From the IMG/VR virus record IMGVR_UViG_3300025528_000010, positions 1 through 54,493 of that record: a stretch of 54,493 nt of DNA, one strand, 5' to 3'. How positions within the stretch are numbered: position 1 is the stretch's first letter; each line of letters starts with the position of its first letter. The translations under genes were made by a program, and so were the position numbers. The notes below the pieces were generated by a model. The model was not told the origin of the DNA, searched no databases, and saw nothing but the letters and a program-made list of their open reading frames with translations. Positions 27,229-37,666 of the stretch are shown piece by piece. The stretch comes from a virus (lineage: Duplodnaviria; Caudoviricetes).

Positions 27229-28032
27229 TCACGCAACGAGCGGCTGACCGTCGATATAGATAGCTTCCAGTCCCTCCTTCTTGAGGATCTCAACCTGGAA
27301 GGGGATTTGCTGCCACTCGTCACCCTTGAGGGCGTAGTCACCGTTCGGAGAAATGCGAACGTAGGGCATGTACCAATCGTACTGGTCACCAGCCGGGTTA
27401 GCTGTGATGTAACGAAGAGCGCCCTCAATCGGCGTGGAGCCAGAGATGATGCGCTTCCGGGTGCTCGGCAGCGTGGTATACGAAACTTTCAGAGTAGAGC
27501 CCTCGGTAATCGAGGACGACGGCAGGATGTAGACTCGTCCGTGATCGCCGTCGATCCGGTAGTCCGTCCCCGCCGCGTAAGTCGTGGTGCCGGACTCATC
27601 AGTAACGACAGGGGCGTTTGCTCCGTTCATGTCGAGGGCACGAACCCCAACTGGATTGGACGGGCTGATACCGAGCTGGTACGAGCGGCCGAGCTGCACA
27701 TCCCGGATAAGCTCATCGCTCACCGTCTGCCCCGCGTCGGCAAAGTTTTCCACTTTTCCAAAGAAGAAGAAAGCGATGTTCTCTGGGGAGATGTTATCCG
27801 TCACAAACGTCGCAGTACGATTGGTCTGCAACGGAACACTCGCGTCCTTCTCGTTGATACCTCGGTCAGAGTTGTAGTGGTCCAGTGTTTCGGTCTCGAT
27901 GGTAGCGCTGAACTCCGGGGTGTTGCCGAAATAAAGCTCACCCATCGGCTCCCGCGTGCCCGGCTTGTACGGGGCGAAATAAAGCTCGCCGCGCCCGAGG
28001 GTGTAGTTGTTACGATAGTCCGCCATCGACAT
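27229..28032 (-). CDS. major tail tube protein
   Basis: NYTLGRGELYF..YFGNTPEF..NPAG..ISPNGDYALKGDEWQQ. Confidence 0.88.
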   Translation of the reverse strand: MSMADYRNNYTLGRGELYFAPYKPGTREPMGELYFGNTPEFSATIETETLDHYNSDRGINEKDASVPLQTNRTATFVTDNISPENIAFFFFGKVENFADAGQTVSDELIRDVQLGRSYQLGISPSNPVGVRALDMNGANAPVVTDESGTTTYAAGTDYRIDGDHGRVYILPSSSITEGSTLKVSYTTLPSTRKRIISGSTPIEGALRYITANPAGDQYDWYMPYVRISPNGDYALKGDEWQQIPFQVEILKKEGLEAIYIDGQPLVA

Positions 28033-28052
28033 GACATGTCTCCTTCTTACCG

Positions 28053-28090
28053 AGGCACGTTTCAGGTGCCGTTATACGTTAAACGTGCCA
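28053..28090. promoter_or_regulatory. paired 19-bp operator-like site
   Basis: GGCACGTTT-N18-AAACGTGCC. Confidence 0.65.
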
Positions 28091-28102
28091 CCTTGAACAG
28101 AG

Positions 28103-28615
28103 TTAAGAGTACGGGTTGGATAGATCCTCCGTCAGTTGGAGGAGCAAGCTAAGCCAGAAGAAGCTTCTGCCAGAGACCTCATCAGCAGGCCGAACGGCAC
28201 CCTGGCCGATTTGGATGTTATTGACCGAGTTCCTACTGGTGCTCCCTGGCCCACGGAACCCGAAGCCGAAGAAAGAGTGGTTGATCCGCTCCTTCACAAT
28301 CGCGCTCTTGACCTCGGCCATCATCCGATAGGCTGGGTCACTTGGGTTTTGATGATCATCTGGCACAAAACCCTGGACCAACAACTCCCATTGACTCGAT
28401 GCGTGCGGATTGCCTGGCTGCGTAGAGAGCGCCTCAAGAGGGATGGGTGGCTCGAGGATCGACACCATCGGCAAGGGGTCATTTTCCCCGTAGAACATCC
28501 GCCCACGAAAAACCCTATCTCGCAGGTCAAACTCATAGCCGTTGTCGGGGTTCACCCCTTCAATGGTCTTGGTGAGCCCCTTGAGGACGAGCAGACGGAA
28601 CGGGTCTTTTGCCAT
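28103..28615 (-). CDS. tail terminator protein
   Basis: VFRGRMFYG..PLPMVSILE..QGF..D..NPSDPAY; directly upstream of the tube gene. Confidence 0.75.
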   Translation of the reverse strand: MAKDPFRLLVLKGLTKTIEGVNPDNGYEFDLRDRVFRGRMFYGENDPLPMVSILEPPIPLEALSTQPGNPHASSQWELLVQGFVPDDHQNPSDPAYRMMAEVKSAIVKERINHSFFGFGFRGPGSTSRNSVNNIQIGQGAVRPADEVSGRSFFWLSLLLQLTEDLSNPYS

Positions 28616-28623
28616 ACCTGCAC

Positions 28624-29199
28624 CTAGAGACGAAGGTTGAGGAGTCGCTCGAACTCGGCGGCAAGGAAGTCCTCGACCTGCCCAAAGGGTCGATCCTCCT
28701 TCTCGATCATACCCCGGAAAATTTGGTCGACGGAGGGACCATAAAGAAGCCAGAGTCCCGGCTTGACCATCTTCGGCTGATACGCCTTTGGCGGTGGGAG
28801 ACCATCCTTCGTGCGAACAGCAAGGCCAACGTTCCCAGAACGCAGGGGCATGAGGAAAGCGTTTTTCATCAACCTCGTCCGCCCAGGCTTAACCTGCACG
28901 TGGACGCCGCGTGATTGCCTTCCCTTCGCCCCCGTTGCAAACCTGGCGAGTGAAATCGGACGCTTACGAGCGGTGATGACCGCCTGCAGGTCGTGGTTCG
29001 AGGCTTTACGCTCGATGTAGAAGCGCCCCGCATTCGCACCGAGGTAGCTCGCAGGAAGGGCAACCTGACGGCGCATGTCCTTAGCGAACCAGCTCCGCCC
29101 CTTCTCAGCAGCCTTGTTGATCGCCATACGGGCTGCGTTAACGAGCTGCTCCTCAGTGAAATCGCCTTCACGCACCCCCTCTATAGCGATGACGTACAT
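28624..29199 (-). CDS. tail completion/neck protein (gpZ-like)
   Basis: Basic protein; ARMAIN..ISLARF..LYGPSVDQIF. Confidence 0.75.
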   Translation of the reverse strand: MYVIAIEGVREGDFTEEQLVNAARMAINKAAEKGRSWFAKDMRRQVALPASYLGANAGRFYIERKASNHDLQAVITARKRPISLARFATGAKGRQSRGVHVQVKPGRTRLMKNAFLMPLRSGNVGLAVRTKDGLPPPKAYQPKMVKPGLWLLYGPSVDQIFRGMIEKEDRPFGQVEDFLAAEFERLLNLRL

Positions 29200-29200
29200 G

Positions 29201-29635
29201 TCAGGCTCCGATGGCAGGTAGAAACGCTGTAATCGTGAGGAATAGTGGCAAAGATCCGTCCTCGTAGGGAGTCGGCATGCCAACCATCTCCGAGCTATGG
29301 AGCCGAGAGACCTTCACCGTCACAGTGATGTCGTCAGGCGGGAGGACATGATCGATGCGGTATGCTTCGGTTGCTCCGATGGAAATGACCATGCCTCGCG
29401 AGGGGTTATCGACCTCTGAGCGCATCATGATGATGCGCGGGGAGTTTTCCTCGATCTCGGCGTAATGAAAATTCGTGCCTTTGAGGTCGCCTACCGAGCC
29501 GAACTTATCATGCACGCGCACGTGGATCGGCTTGACACCATCTCGCAGGGGCCAAGCGAAATAGAGCGCGGGGACGCTCAGATGCTCATGCAGCGTCCGA
29601 CGCGCTCTCCTGATATGTGCGCGAAAGCGCCCCAT
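29201..29635 (-). CDS. head-tail joining protein (gpFII-like)
   Basis: RRARRTLHEHLSVPALY..YRIDHVLPPD; position. Confidence 0.7.
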   Translation of the reverse strand: MGRFRAHIRRARRTLHEHLSVPALYFAWPLRDGVKPIHVRVHDKFGSVGDLKGTNFHYAEIEENSPRIIMMRSEVDNPSRGMVISIGATEAYRIDHVLPPDDITVTVKVSRLHSSEMVGMPTPYEDGSLPLFLTITAFLPAIGA

Positions 29636-29940
29636 CAGATGTCCTCGTCGCCACCCTTGCTCGCCTTCCCGACGCGACGCGCGGCCTTGGCGACTCCATG
29701 AGCCTCACCCTTATCGGCGTCTCCGGGCTCCTCGGACTTCTCCTCGGTCGACATCTCGCCAAAGCTGCGGGTGCGATACTTCTCAAGGATCAGTTCGTCC
29801 TGGGTGAGATCGCGCGACGCGCCGAGCTTCTTGAGGGCCGCAGCAGACTCCTCGGGCACATCGAAAATCTCACCCGGCTTGGCGATTGTCGGCTTTCCGT
29901 CCTTTAGATATTCGACGCTGTGAATGGCAAGCTGCTTCAT
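29635..29940 (-). CDS. small protein downstream of the major capsid gene
   Basis: GGAG RBS; PGEIFDV..AAALKKLGA with low-complexity tail. Confidence 0.7.
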   Translation of the reverse strand: MKQLAIHSVEYLKDGKPTIAKPGEIFDVPEESAAALKKLGASRDLTQDELILEKYRTRSFGEMSTEEKSEEPGDADKGEAHGVAKAARRVGKASKGGDEDI

Positions 29941-29957
29941 GACGAATGCTCCGCTAT

Positions 29958-29988
29958 GGAAAGATGCTGGCGGCGGACACCGCCAGCA
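29958..29988 (-). terminator. putative intrinsic terminator after the major capsid gene
   Basis: TGCTGGCGG/CCGCCAGCA stem followed on the - strand by TCTTTCC. Confidence 0.55.
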
Positions 29989-30002
29989 CAATTTCGAGGA
30001 GG

Positions 30003-31085
30003 TTAGGCAGGAACGACGGTCGCCCGGAGGGTTGCGTTGGGGTTGACCGGGACCATCAGCGGTGCCGACTGATGGAGAATGTACTCGACGGCCGGGTCAC
30101 CATCGCTCATCCAATTGCGCGGGAAAATCGGAAGCGCCTGGTAGTTGGAGTGGGGATCGATGATCGCCCCAAAGCAACGATAACCCTGGATGCGCTCAGC
30201 ACTTGCCGTCATGACGATATCGGTCGGCTGCATGAAAGGAACTTCCACGCCACCTTCCTCGAAGGTATCGCGATACAGCCAGATCTCGATGGCTGCACCA
30301 GACCCACCGCCAACGTTCAGCTCACCAACCTTAATCACCTTGTCGGCCGCGATCAGACCGCGCTCGACGGTGGCTCGAGGATCGCGGATCTGCGTGTCCA
30401 TGTGCTTCATGATCTCGGGGTCCTTGCGGAGGACGCCCCAAACCTTCGAGCCGATGGTGATTCTTGTCGGGAACCCGCCGAACGGAGCCTCAAACATCCG
30501 GTCGGCGAAACGCTGGATGTCATCGAAGATCGAGACACCCGTGTCCCCCCAATAGGTGCCGGACGTCTTGACAATCGTATGCGAGGGGTCGCGCCTGAAA
30601 TCCAGCTCCGTGCGCGGATACTCCTCACCTTCCACGATCACCTTGGCATCGATGATTGCGCGAGCGGCCATCCACTCCCACCGACGCTGAATCGCCTGCA
30701 CGTGCTGTACGGTAATCGCAACCTTGAGCAGCTCGCGACGCTGCATCGGCGTCAGCTCGGACTCCGCCAGCATGGATCGATCAATACCAGGCCGCTTGAC
30801 GAGAGGAGCCAGCGGATCAACCGTGTCCTTGAGCTTGATGTATGCCGGCTTGAAGCGGAAAGCGCCAGACGAATCCTCATAGATCGGCTTGCCGCTACCA
30901 AGCGGGCGAACGAAGGGGGCGAGCTTGCGACCAACCCTGGGCAGCTTCTCGAAGTCAATCCACTCGTCGGTTGAGGTGATCTCGTTCGGAAAGAACAGCC
31001 GCAGCCAATATTGATAGGCAGGCTCGATATCGCGGAAAATTCCGAGGGACTTCCGGGTTTCCCACACTTTGTAGGGGGCGCTCAT
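30003..31085 (-). CDS. major capsid protein (lambda gpE family)
   Basis: LAPFVRP..FKPAYIKLK..RRWEWMAA..QSAPLMVP. Confidence 0.93.
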   Translation of the reverse strand: MSAPYKVWETRKSLGIFRDIEPAYQYWLRLFFPNEITSTDEWIDFEKLPRVGRKLAPFVRPLGSGKPIYEDSSGAFRFKPAYIKLKDTVDPLAPLVKRPGIDRSMLAESELTPMQRRELLKVAITVQHVQAIQRRWEWMAARAIIDAKVIVEGEEYPRTELDFRRDPSHTIVKTSGTYWGDTGVSIFDDIQRFADRMFEAPFGGFPTRITIGSKVWGVLRKDPEIMKHMDTQIRDPRATVERGLIAADKVIKVGELNVGGGSGAAIEIWLYRDTFEEGGVEVPFMQPTDIVMTASAERIQGYRCFGAIIDPHSNYQALPIFPRNWMSDGDPAVEYILHQSAPLMVPVNPNATLRATVVPA

Positions 31086-31126
31086 GGTCGAGTTCCTTCT
31101 TTCCCTATTCCTGGGGTTACTGACGA

Positions 31127-31540
31127 TCAGCCGCGAGCGCGGATGAGGATCTGCGTGGGAGTGGGGGCTCCCTCAAACGCCGAGCGCTTGTCTTCGTCTG
31201 TGGCGTAGGAGGCATCCCACACCAGCATCTCAGGATTGAAGCAGCCCGAGTAGAAGAAAGGCGCCGTGGTGATCTTGCCAGGGTCAGCGTCCGCGACGAC
31301 CTTCTGGGTCGAGACAAGGCTTGCCTGCACCGTCCCCTTCACCGCAGGGACCACATAGCCTTCCTCATCTACACCACAGACCTGGAACTGCTCGATAGTC
31401 TGACCGGGCCGCACCCGAAGCGGATAGCCTGGGGAGAGTGCCGGCCAATTACCAGAGAGCAGGAGACCGGCCTGGTAGGTGCTAAGCTCCTCGAAGGCGG
31501 CAAGGCCGGCCTCGGGGTAGGGAACATTAACATTCGGCAT
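31127..31540 (-). CDS. head decoration protein (gpD-like)
   Basis: FYSGCFNPEMLVW motif; between protease and major capsid genes. Confidence 0.8.
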   Translation of the reverse strand: MPNVNVPYPEAGLAAFEELSTYQAGLLLSGNWPALSPGYPLRVRPGQTIEQFQVCGVDEEGYVVPAVKGTVQASLVSTQKVVADADPGKITTAPFFYSGCFNPEMLVWDASYATDEDKRSAFEGAPTPTQILIRARG

Positions 31541-31563
31541 AGCTGCCTCCTCGGATGCAGAAA

Positions 31564-31606
31564 TGACAACTGCAATGGATAGTGTCACGTATAGCGTGAC
31601 ACTATC
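31564..31606. promoter_or_regulatory. 19-bp operator-like palindrome
   Basis: GATAGTGTCACG-TATAG-CGTGACACTATC; TGACAAC half-site exactly 19 bp upstream. Confidence 0.65.
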
Positions 31607-31612
31607 GCCAAG

Positions 31613-32938
31613 TTAAGAGTGATTCTGCCGACGAATTCCCGGCAGACCGAAGCTTTCCGCCAGCATCATGCTGTCATCCTCATCCTTGATGTCAGAGAAA
31701 GCCCCAACATCGGGACGGTCCACCTGCATTGCGGCATCAAACTTCCGATAGGTCATCGAGGAGCCCTCGGGCTTGTCAGACGCCGCCCCCTCTGCGGGAA
31801 GATCCTCGAGGAAGGCCACGGCCTGCTCGACGCTCATGTCCGTCTTGAGTGCGGCAGAAAGGGCTGCCTTGGGCCGGGCCTTCCCCGCATCCGAAGAAAG
31901 GATCGCATTGATGCGGCTGCGCTCGGCAGCAGCGCCCTCCTTGAAGCCTTCGGCGTGCCCCTCGGCACGACCGGCAGCATGACCTTCCGCGCGAGCGGCG
32001 TCGATGGCGGCATCCGCTGCCGCCGCGTTTTCCTTGTTCTGCGGCATGGTTTCAGTTCCTTCCTTTCTGAAAAGATCGGCTGCAAATGCGGCAACGGCGT
32101 CATCGAGCGGAGAGACCTGGTCGGCGAGTCCGCGTTCGATTGCCTCATCGGCAGAGAATGTGAGGGCCTTCGTCTCCCGGATGGCCTCCTCACTGATCCC
32201 TCTACCTCGCGCCACAATACGCACGAACATGTCGTAGAGGGCATCGGCGCGCTCCTGCCACCGCGCCCGAACCTGGTCAGACAGGGGCTCGTAAGAGTTG
32301 CCGTCTGTTTTGTGACCACCCTTCGGAGCGGAAACGAAAGTGATTTTCCACCCCGCCTGATCGAGTGCCTTGCTCACATCGATATGGGTCAACAGCACGC
32401 CAATGGAACCGACTCCGCCAGTGCGAGACATGTCGATTCGATCCGCTGCAGACGAGATCGAGTAAGCCCCCGAGTAACCATACTCGTACACGAAGGCTCG
32501 AGTCGGTTTCTTACCGCGATTGGCGAGGATCATCTCGACGAGGTCGAAGTTCTCCGCCACTTCCCCGCCAGGTGAGTTCACCATGAACGCGATGCCCCGT
32601 ACATCAGGGTCAGCAAGTCCTCGGCGAAACGCACGGGAGATATACTGGTATCCGGTCGCCCACCCTGCAACCTGCCACGGGAAATCCGAGAGAAGGATGC
32701 CTTGTACCGGAATCCGCAGGATGCCATTGCGGACAACGTATGGACGGTACGCCGCATACCTGGAGTCCCCATCGATCCAGAACCCCTCCTCGTCATCGGC
32801 AACCATTTTCTCGGACAAAAGATGCGGGAGATCAGGACTCTTGGCGAGGGCACTCAGGTGCCCCTCGAACAGCGCCGCGTGGGGCTCAGAGATGAGTACC
32901 GACGAGCTGGCAAATCGCGAAAGCAGAGTCTTAAGCAT
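31613..32938 (-). CDS. S49 family prohead protease with C-terminal scaffold
   Basis: NSPGGE, SGAYSI, VGSIGV motifs; Ala-rich C-terminus (AERSRINAIL). Confidence 0.9.
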   Translation of the reverse strand: MLKTLLSRFASSSVLISEPHAALFEGHLSALAKSPDLPHLLSEKMVADDEEGFWIDGDSRYAAYRPYVVRNGILRIPVQGILLSDFPWQVAGWATGYQYISRAFRRGLADPDVRGIAFMVNSPGGEVAENFDLVEMILANRGKKPTRAFVYEYGYSGAYSISSAADRIDMSRTGGVGSIGVLLTHIDVSKALDQAGWKITFVSAPKGGHKTDGNSYEPLSDQVRARWQERADALYDMFVRIVARGRGISEEAIRETKALTFSADEAIERGLADQVSPLDDAVAAFAADLFRKEGTETMPQNKENAAAADAAIDAARAEGHAAGRAEGHAEGFKEGAAAERSRINAILSSDAGKARPKAALSAALKTDMSVEQAVAFLEDLPAEGAASDKPEGSSMTYRKFDAAMQVDRPDVGAFSDIKDEDDSMMLAESFGLPGIRRQNHS

Positions 32939-34652
32939 CCGTCTGTTCCTCCGAGCCGTCGGCCTTCTCATCCCTCGCCTCTGTCTCGCGGGGAGCGCCT
33001 GATGCGGCATTCATCATGTTGTCAGCCTCAGTAAACACGATCCCGAGGCGCTCCGCCTCGGCGCGCTCTCGCGCCACCTGTGCAAACACCTGACGCCAAT
33101 CCTTACCGAGGCGGGCAAGCTCATCCTCACGGGTGCTGAGGCCGTACTTGATCCGCAGCACTGCTGCCTGCGTCTCCTTAAGTTCGTCGATCTGGCCGCG
33201 CGAGGCTCCGATCCACCCACATTGACCGTAGGCTTCGCGGTTAAGACCCTCCCAATAGTCAGGAGCGTTCCGAGGCAGGCTCTCGATTGTGCCTTTGGCA
33301 AAAGCTTCCTCGAGCCACAACCAGTAGATGTGGGTGGCAAGGGTATCGGCCGTCTGACGCTTGCGCGCCATCATCCCCTTGTAAGTCTCGTTGAGGGCAC
33401 CCTTCATCGACGAGTAGTTGGTCTTGCTATAATCGCGAGACAACTGCTCGTAGGACACACCGAGATTGGCGGCCAGGTAGCGCAGAAGTGACGCCTCAAA
33501 GTCCGTGCCGAGCGGTCCCCCCTGCCCCGCAGGGCGCAACTGCAAACGTGTACCTGGGAAGAGGTGGGGAATGCGGACACCGTTAAGTGTCGCATTCTTG
33601 GCATTCTTCATATAGGCCCCGAGGGCTCCTAGGAACCCACCCGCGTACTTAGCAAAAATCTTCTCCCAATCGTCCTCGCCCCTTCCGGCACCGAGCATCT
33701 CGAAGACCTTTTCAGTCGCGAGATCGGACTCAATTGTTGCTGCATACGTCGCATTGACGACCGCGTTCTGCAGCATGACATCCCGGAATTTCTTCGCAAT
33801 TCGCGTCTCTTTCAGCGCGGAGACCATAGCAGCAACACCGCGCGTCTGGTCTGGACGGAAGCGCTCGAAAATGTGGATGACCTGCTGCCGACCCCACGGC
33901 TTCCGCACAGGCACATACTTCCACTGGTACGCCTTCATATTGACGTACATGTCCGATGGGTGCGAGCGGCGGATGTAGTAACCGAGCGGGGCACCGTGAT
34001 GGTCACGGTGGATGCCCCCTCTAACCCGATCACTTTCCATGACCGACGGAGGGTTGGAGAGTCGATCCGTATCGATAAGCTGGATCGCTGTCTTGTAGGG
34101 GCGACGCGGATCGTTAATCCATTCCGAGACAGCCAAAACCTCGCCCGCAATCATCTCGAGGCCGACAGCGAGGCGGATAAGCCCAGTGAAATTGGTCTGC
34201 CCGGAGGCATCAGGCCAGTTCGACACGCTCTCGGCCCAGAGCGTGAATTTCGCCTCAACCTCCTGCTGGAACTCCTCAGCCCAAACCTCATCTAAACCGA
34301 GAGCCTTGTAATTAGGCTTCGAGTTTAGCATGTACATAGAGCCGACGATGTTGTCCTTTCGGATCTCAGAGCCCGAGCGAACATACGCATCGTTTCGGAC
34401 CAGGTCTCGGCTGCGAGCGTCGAGGATCTCCTTCTCGGGCAGGATGTCGGAGTCGGCCGAGCCCATTGACGGCGACCACAGCGCAAGCTCTCTGTCGATC
34501 TGGCTCGCGCTCTCGTAGGCACCACCCGTCATCGCAACTGGGTTGCCCGCGACGGTCGGGAGAACAGCCTTGGTATCGACCGTCGCGGGCCATCCTTGGT
34601 CGTTCAGACCAAGGAAGTCAAGCATCTCTGGATCGTTCGCAAGGCGGCTCAT
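32931..34652 (-). CDS. portal protein, lambda family
   Basis: RSRDLVRND, RPDQTRGV, GVSYEQLSRDYSKTNYSS. Confidence 0.93.
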   Translation of the reverse strand: MSRLANDPEMLDFLGLNDQGWPATVDTKAVLPTVAGNPVAMTGGAYESASQIDRELALWSPSMGSADSDILPEKEILDARSRDLVRNDAYVRSGSEIRKDNIVGSMYMLNSKPNYKALGLDEVWAEEFQQEVEAKFTLWAESVSNWPDASGQTNFTGLIRLAVGLEMIAGEVLAVSEWINDPRRPYKTAIQLIDTDRLSNPPSVMESDRVRGGIHRDHHGAPLGYYIRRSHPSDMYVNMKAYQWKYVPVRKPWGRQQVIHIFERFRPDQTRGVAAMVSALKETRIAKKFRDVMLQNAVVNATYAATIESDLATEKVFEMLGAGRGEDDWEKIFAKYAGGFLGALGAYMKNAKNATLNGVRIPHLFPGTRLQLRPAGQGGPLGTDFEASLLRYLAANLGVSYEQLSRDYSKTNYSSMKGALNETYKGMMARKRQTADTLATHIYWLWLEEAFAKGTIESLPRNAPDYWEGLNREAYGQCGWIGASRGQIDELKETQAAVLRIKYGLSTREDELARLGKDWRQVFAQVARERAEAERLGIVFTEADNMMNAASGAPRETEARDEKADGSEEQTDA

Positions 34653-34891
34653 CAGAAGAAGAACCTCAGAGGACCGCTTGTAGAAACGTCGCCCCCGACG
34701 CACTTCGCAAGCTCATCCTCGAGCTGCTGAATATAGAGGGCTAACTGATTTCGATTGCTCGCCTGATACTCGACGCGCTCTCCGTTCTGATCGACCAAGA
34801 CGCGCACCGCCCGCCCTGTCATAAGATCATGGTAGGCGTCCTTTGCTTCATCCAATCTCTGTTTGATAGGATGGCATGCGATAGGAATCAT
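34652..34891 (-). CDS. head completion protein (gpW-like)
   Basis: AYHDLMTG..DQNGERVEY..LALYI. Confidence 0.85.
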   Translation of the reverse strand: MIPIACHPIKQRLDEAKDAYHDLMTGRAVRVLVDQNGERVEYQASNRNQLALYIQQLEDELAKCVGGDVSTSGPLRFFF

Positions 34892-34920
34892 GGCGGGCAA
34901 CCCTCTCCGACATGTAGCAT

Positions 34921-34958
34921 TAACACGTTACAAGCGGACTGACAATTTAAAGGTGACA
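34921..34958. promoter_or_regulatory. degenerate paired 19-bp site
   Basis: TAACACG..|TGACAAT-TTAAA-GGTGACA. Confidence 0.45.
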
Positions 34959-37037
34959 TTAACACAAAGCTTCACCGAGGGAAGACAGGTCGATGTCCAC
35001 CTCCCTCTTCTGCTCAAACGGCCGCCCGTCTGTCTCTGGGTAAAACACGAGATCGTTATCGTCCCACTCTCGCGCCCACGAGGGCGGGTTAGACCAGTCA
35101 ATGTCTTCGATGTTCACATGTCGGGACAGGCAGAGGGCCACGCAATAGCACAACAGGTCCCATGCCTCGTTTCTGACCCTGCGCTTGTTCTCCCAACCCT
35201 TCGGTCCCTTAACCTCGGCCGTCAGCTCGGCATACCACGAGCGGGGCAGCCAATCGGGAAACGTCACCATACCCCCGTGTGGAATGGTTCTCCCGAGCAT
35301 GCCGTGTACTCGATCCTTGATCTGGTTGGTGTTGATCTCGAGGACTGGGATCTCACCTCTCGCTCCCGCATGTCGATCCCGTCGCTCGGAGTCTGGATAG
35401 GCAATCTTGACACGAGGGGCATGTTGGCCCGCACCCTTGATGAGCTGAAACCGACGGTGATGCCCGCCGTGGTGCTCGTCGCGCAGCCAGCGCCAGAAGT
35501 TATAGGCATTTGTAGTGACGCCCTCCCGGCCATAGGCGTCACAACCGACGACCTTGATTGCCATGTGTCGTCCACTTCCGTCAGCCAGGGGATATGACCG
35601 CTCGATGACCGCCTCAACAAGGAGTAGCCAGTCCTCCAAGTATGCAGCAGGGTCAACGCGCTGACGCTGTCCAGGCGCCTCTCCGTCCTCTCGAACGGAG
35701 TAGCGGATGGCAAAGCGGTCAATGATTGTCACGTCTCCGCCAATGCCGATACCATGAACCTGGACCTCAAAGCGGTCTTTCTGCACGTCAATGCACGCGA
35801 CCAGGAACAGAACTCCTGGAGGTACAACTCTCACCCCGAGGGGCTTTGCTCTCTGATGATACTCTTCCGGGGTCCTGTCGCCTGCCAGAGTTGGCGGTAG
35901 AAAGGGATGCCCTTGATCCGTGTTGATCGTCGCCTTCAACGCCCCGAAATCGCCAGTGGTCTCGAACTCCTCAAGGGCCTTGAGGTACTTGAGCACAAGC
36001 GTCTTCCAATCCGTGAAGACCGCCGCCACGCCCTTGAGCCAGAATGAGGCGATGTCTGACTGACGCCCAACCCCCTCGACCGTCCCGTCTGGCAACCAGA
36101 CCTGACCCTCTTTGAGCCATCTCCCATAGTAATCGAGTTCTCTCTTGCCTGGTTGCCCCGGACCTGGATCGTGCGTGTGCGAGTAACCGCAAAACGGACA
36201 GTCCAAGGTCGCCATCTCAGCGGCCTCGATATGATCCTTGGAGTCCGGGTAGGAGAGATGCTTGAAGTCGGCCTCGAAGGGCATCTTACAAGAGGCGCAC
36301 CGCCAGTATCGACGGCGTCGATCACCTCGGTTGTAGAGTGCCAGAATGCCTTTGGTTGGTGGAGCCTCGTGCGGAGTCGACGGTTGCCAATCCGATCTCT
36401 CGATCTCCCACCCCGGTGAAGACTCAGCAACAGTCATGCCGTGACGACCGAAGGTCTGGGTGCGCTTCCGCCCAAGGTCGAACGGCGTACCCTCCTTGTC
36501 GATATCAAGCGGCATGCGGTCATAGTCATTCAACCACACGCGCGGCACAGTCTTCCCTGACAGCTCGGTGATCGTCGGCCACTTCACCAAAAGGCGCATG
36601 CCAGAGAGAAAACGCACGTCGTGGACGTTCATGTTCTGACGCCCAGGCACGACGCGCTTGCCCAGCTCCTCAGAGTAGCGGAACGCCCTACGCAGATCCC
36701 CAAGGGACCAATCGCGAGCCGTTCCCTGGGTCATGTGGACCATCATCATGTCGGCCGGGTCGCAAATGGCCGTGTAAGTAAGCCAATTGAAAAAGAGGTC
36801 CGATTTGCCGCACCTAGCCGGTCCAACGAACACGACCGCCGTATGGTCAAGGGATGTGAGCACATCCATCGGCTCGACTAGATATGGCGCAATCGTGTTG
36901 TCCCACTGTCCAACATAAGATCCGGGGTTATATAGGTAGCGGTATCGCTCCGCCGCCTCCGACACGGTCAACCTCTCCGGTGGGCGCACGGCCTCCGCAG
37001 CCTTGAGAAGGATGTCCTCCAGGCGCTCGAACTTCAT
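34959..37037 (-). CDS. terminase large subunit (lambda gpA family)
   Basis: GPARCGKS Walker A, NDYDR, ESSP, Zn-binding Cys pairs, IDVQKDR, RNEAWDLLCY. Confidence 0.95.
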   Translation of the reverse strand: MKFERLEDILLKAAEAVRPPERLTVSEAAERYRYLYNPGSYVGQWDNTIAPYLVEPMDVLTSLDHTAVVFVGPARCGKSDLFFNWLTYTAICDPADMMMVHMTQGTARDWSLGDLRRAFRYSEELGKRVVPGRQNMNVHDVRFLSGMRLLVKWPTITELSGKTVPRVWLNDYDRMPLDIDKEGTPFDLGRKRTQTFGRHGMTVAESSPGWEIERSDWQPSTPHEAPPTKGILALYNRGDRRRRYWRCASCKMPFEADFKHLSYPDSKDHIEAAEMATLDCPFCGYSHTHDPGPGQPGKRELDYYGRWLKEGQVWLPDGTVEGVGRQSDIASFWLKGVAAVFTDWKTLVLKYLKALEEFETTGDFGALKATINTDQGHPFLPPTLAGDRTPEEYHQRAKPLGVRVVPPGVLFLVACIDVQKDRFEVQVHGIGIGGDVTIIDRFAIRYSVREDGEAPGQRQRVDPAAYLEDWLLLVEAVIERSYPLADGSGRHMAIKVVGCDAYGREGVTTNAYNFWRWLRDEHHGGHHRRFQLIKGAGQHAPRVKIAYPDSERRDRHAGARGEIPVLEINTNQIKDRVHGMLGRTIPHGGMVTFPDWLPRSWYAELTAEVKGPKGWENKRRVRNEAWDLLCYCVALCLSRHVNIEDIDWSNPPSWAREWDDNDLVFYPETDGRPFEQKREVDIDLSSLGEALC

Positions 37038-37666
37038 CAGATGATGTCCTCGTCGTCGTGCTCCAAGTCATCTTCCCTTTCCTCCGCCTCGTCTTCGCCG
37101 AGGCGGTTCGGTGTATCGCCACTCTCCGCAACCCGGACGATGTGCTTGTAAACATCATCCTGCAGCCGGTGAACGATGCGCGTAACCTTGATCAATTGCT
37201 TGTTGTCGAGGCCCAAGGCACGGTCGATGGTGTCGGGTAAAATCTGCAGCTTGGTTCGTATGTCCTGCAACACATCCGAGAAGAGAACGATCACCCTGTC
37301 AGACGACCAAAGCTTTCCTGCTCGCTCCTCATAACGGAGCTGCTTGAGTTTGGCATTCCAGTAGCTCTCCCTCAGCTTTTCGGGGAGCTGATCTGGCTTG
37401 AGGCGCTCCAGGTACTCCGTGACATCAAAATTTGGCTCGACCAAATAGGACGCAGCCTCGGCAAGATCGTACAGCGGGGCTCCGTGACGATCTTGTCCGA
37501 CTGGCCGCAACTTCCTAATGGCCTTCTCCACCTTGTAACGGGATAGGCGGAACACCTTGGATAGGAAAGTTACTGACACCCCCGTCCCCGGATTCTTCCG
37601 CAAGCTACGCAAGGCAGAATCCAGATCTTGGGCGGACAGGCTCTCATCAAACGATGTCGTCGACAT
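37037..37666 (-). CDS. terminase small subunit (DUF1441-like)
   Basis: PLYDLAEAASYLV..YWNA..AGKLW..LPDTI; directly upstream of the large subunit. Confidence 0.8.
   Translation of the reverse strand: MSTTSFDESLSAQDLDSALRSLRKNPGTGVSVTFLSKVFRLSRYKVEKAIRKLRPVGQDRHGAPLYDLAEAASYLVEPNFDVTEYLERLKPDQLPEKLRESYWNAKLKQLRYEERAGKLWSSDRVIVLFSDVLQDIRTKLQILPDTIDRALGLDNKQLIKVTRIVHRLQDDVYKHIVRVAESGDTPNRLGEDEAEEREDDLEHDDEDII

Noticed and set aside
31578-31606. 19-bp palindromes as canonical parS sites or intrinsic terminators
   Set aside because: parS is a 16-bp palindrome without a 5-bp spacer; these sites conserve sequence and spacing rather than only pairing, and lack U-tracts. Binding by the ParB-like protein is not excluded
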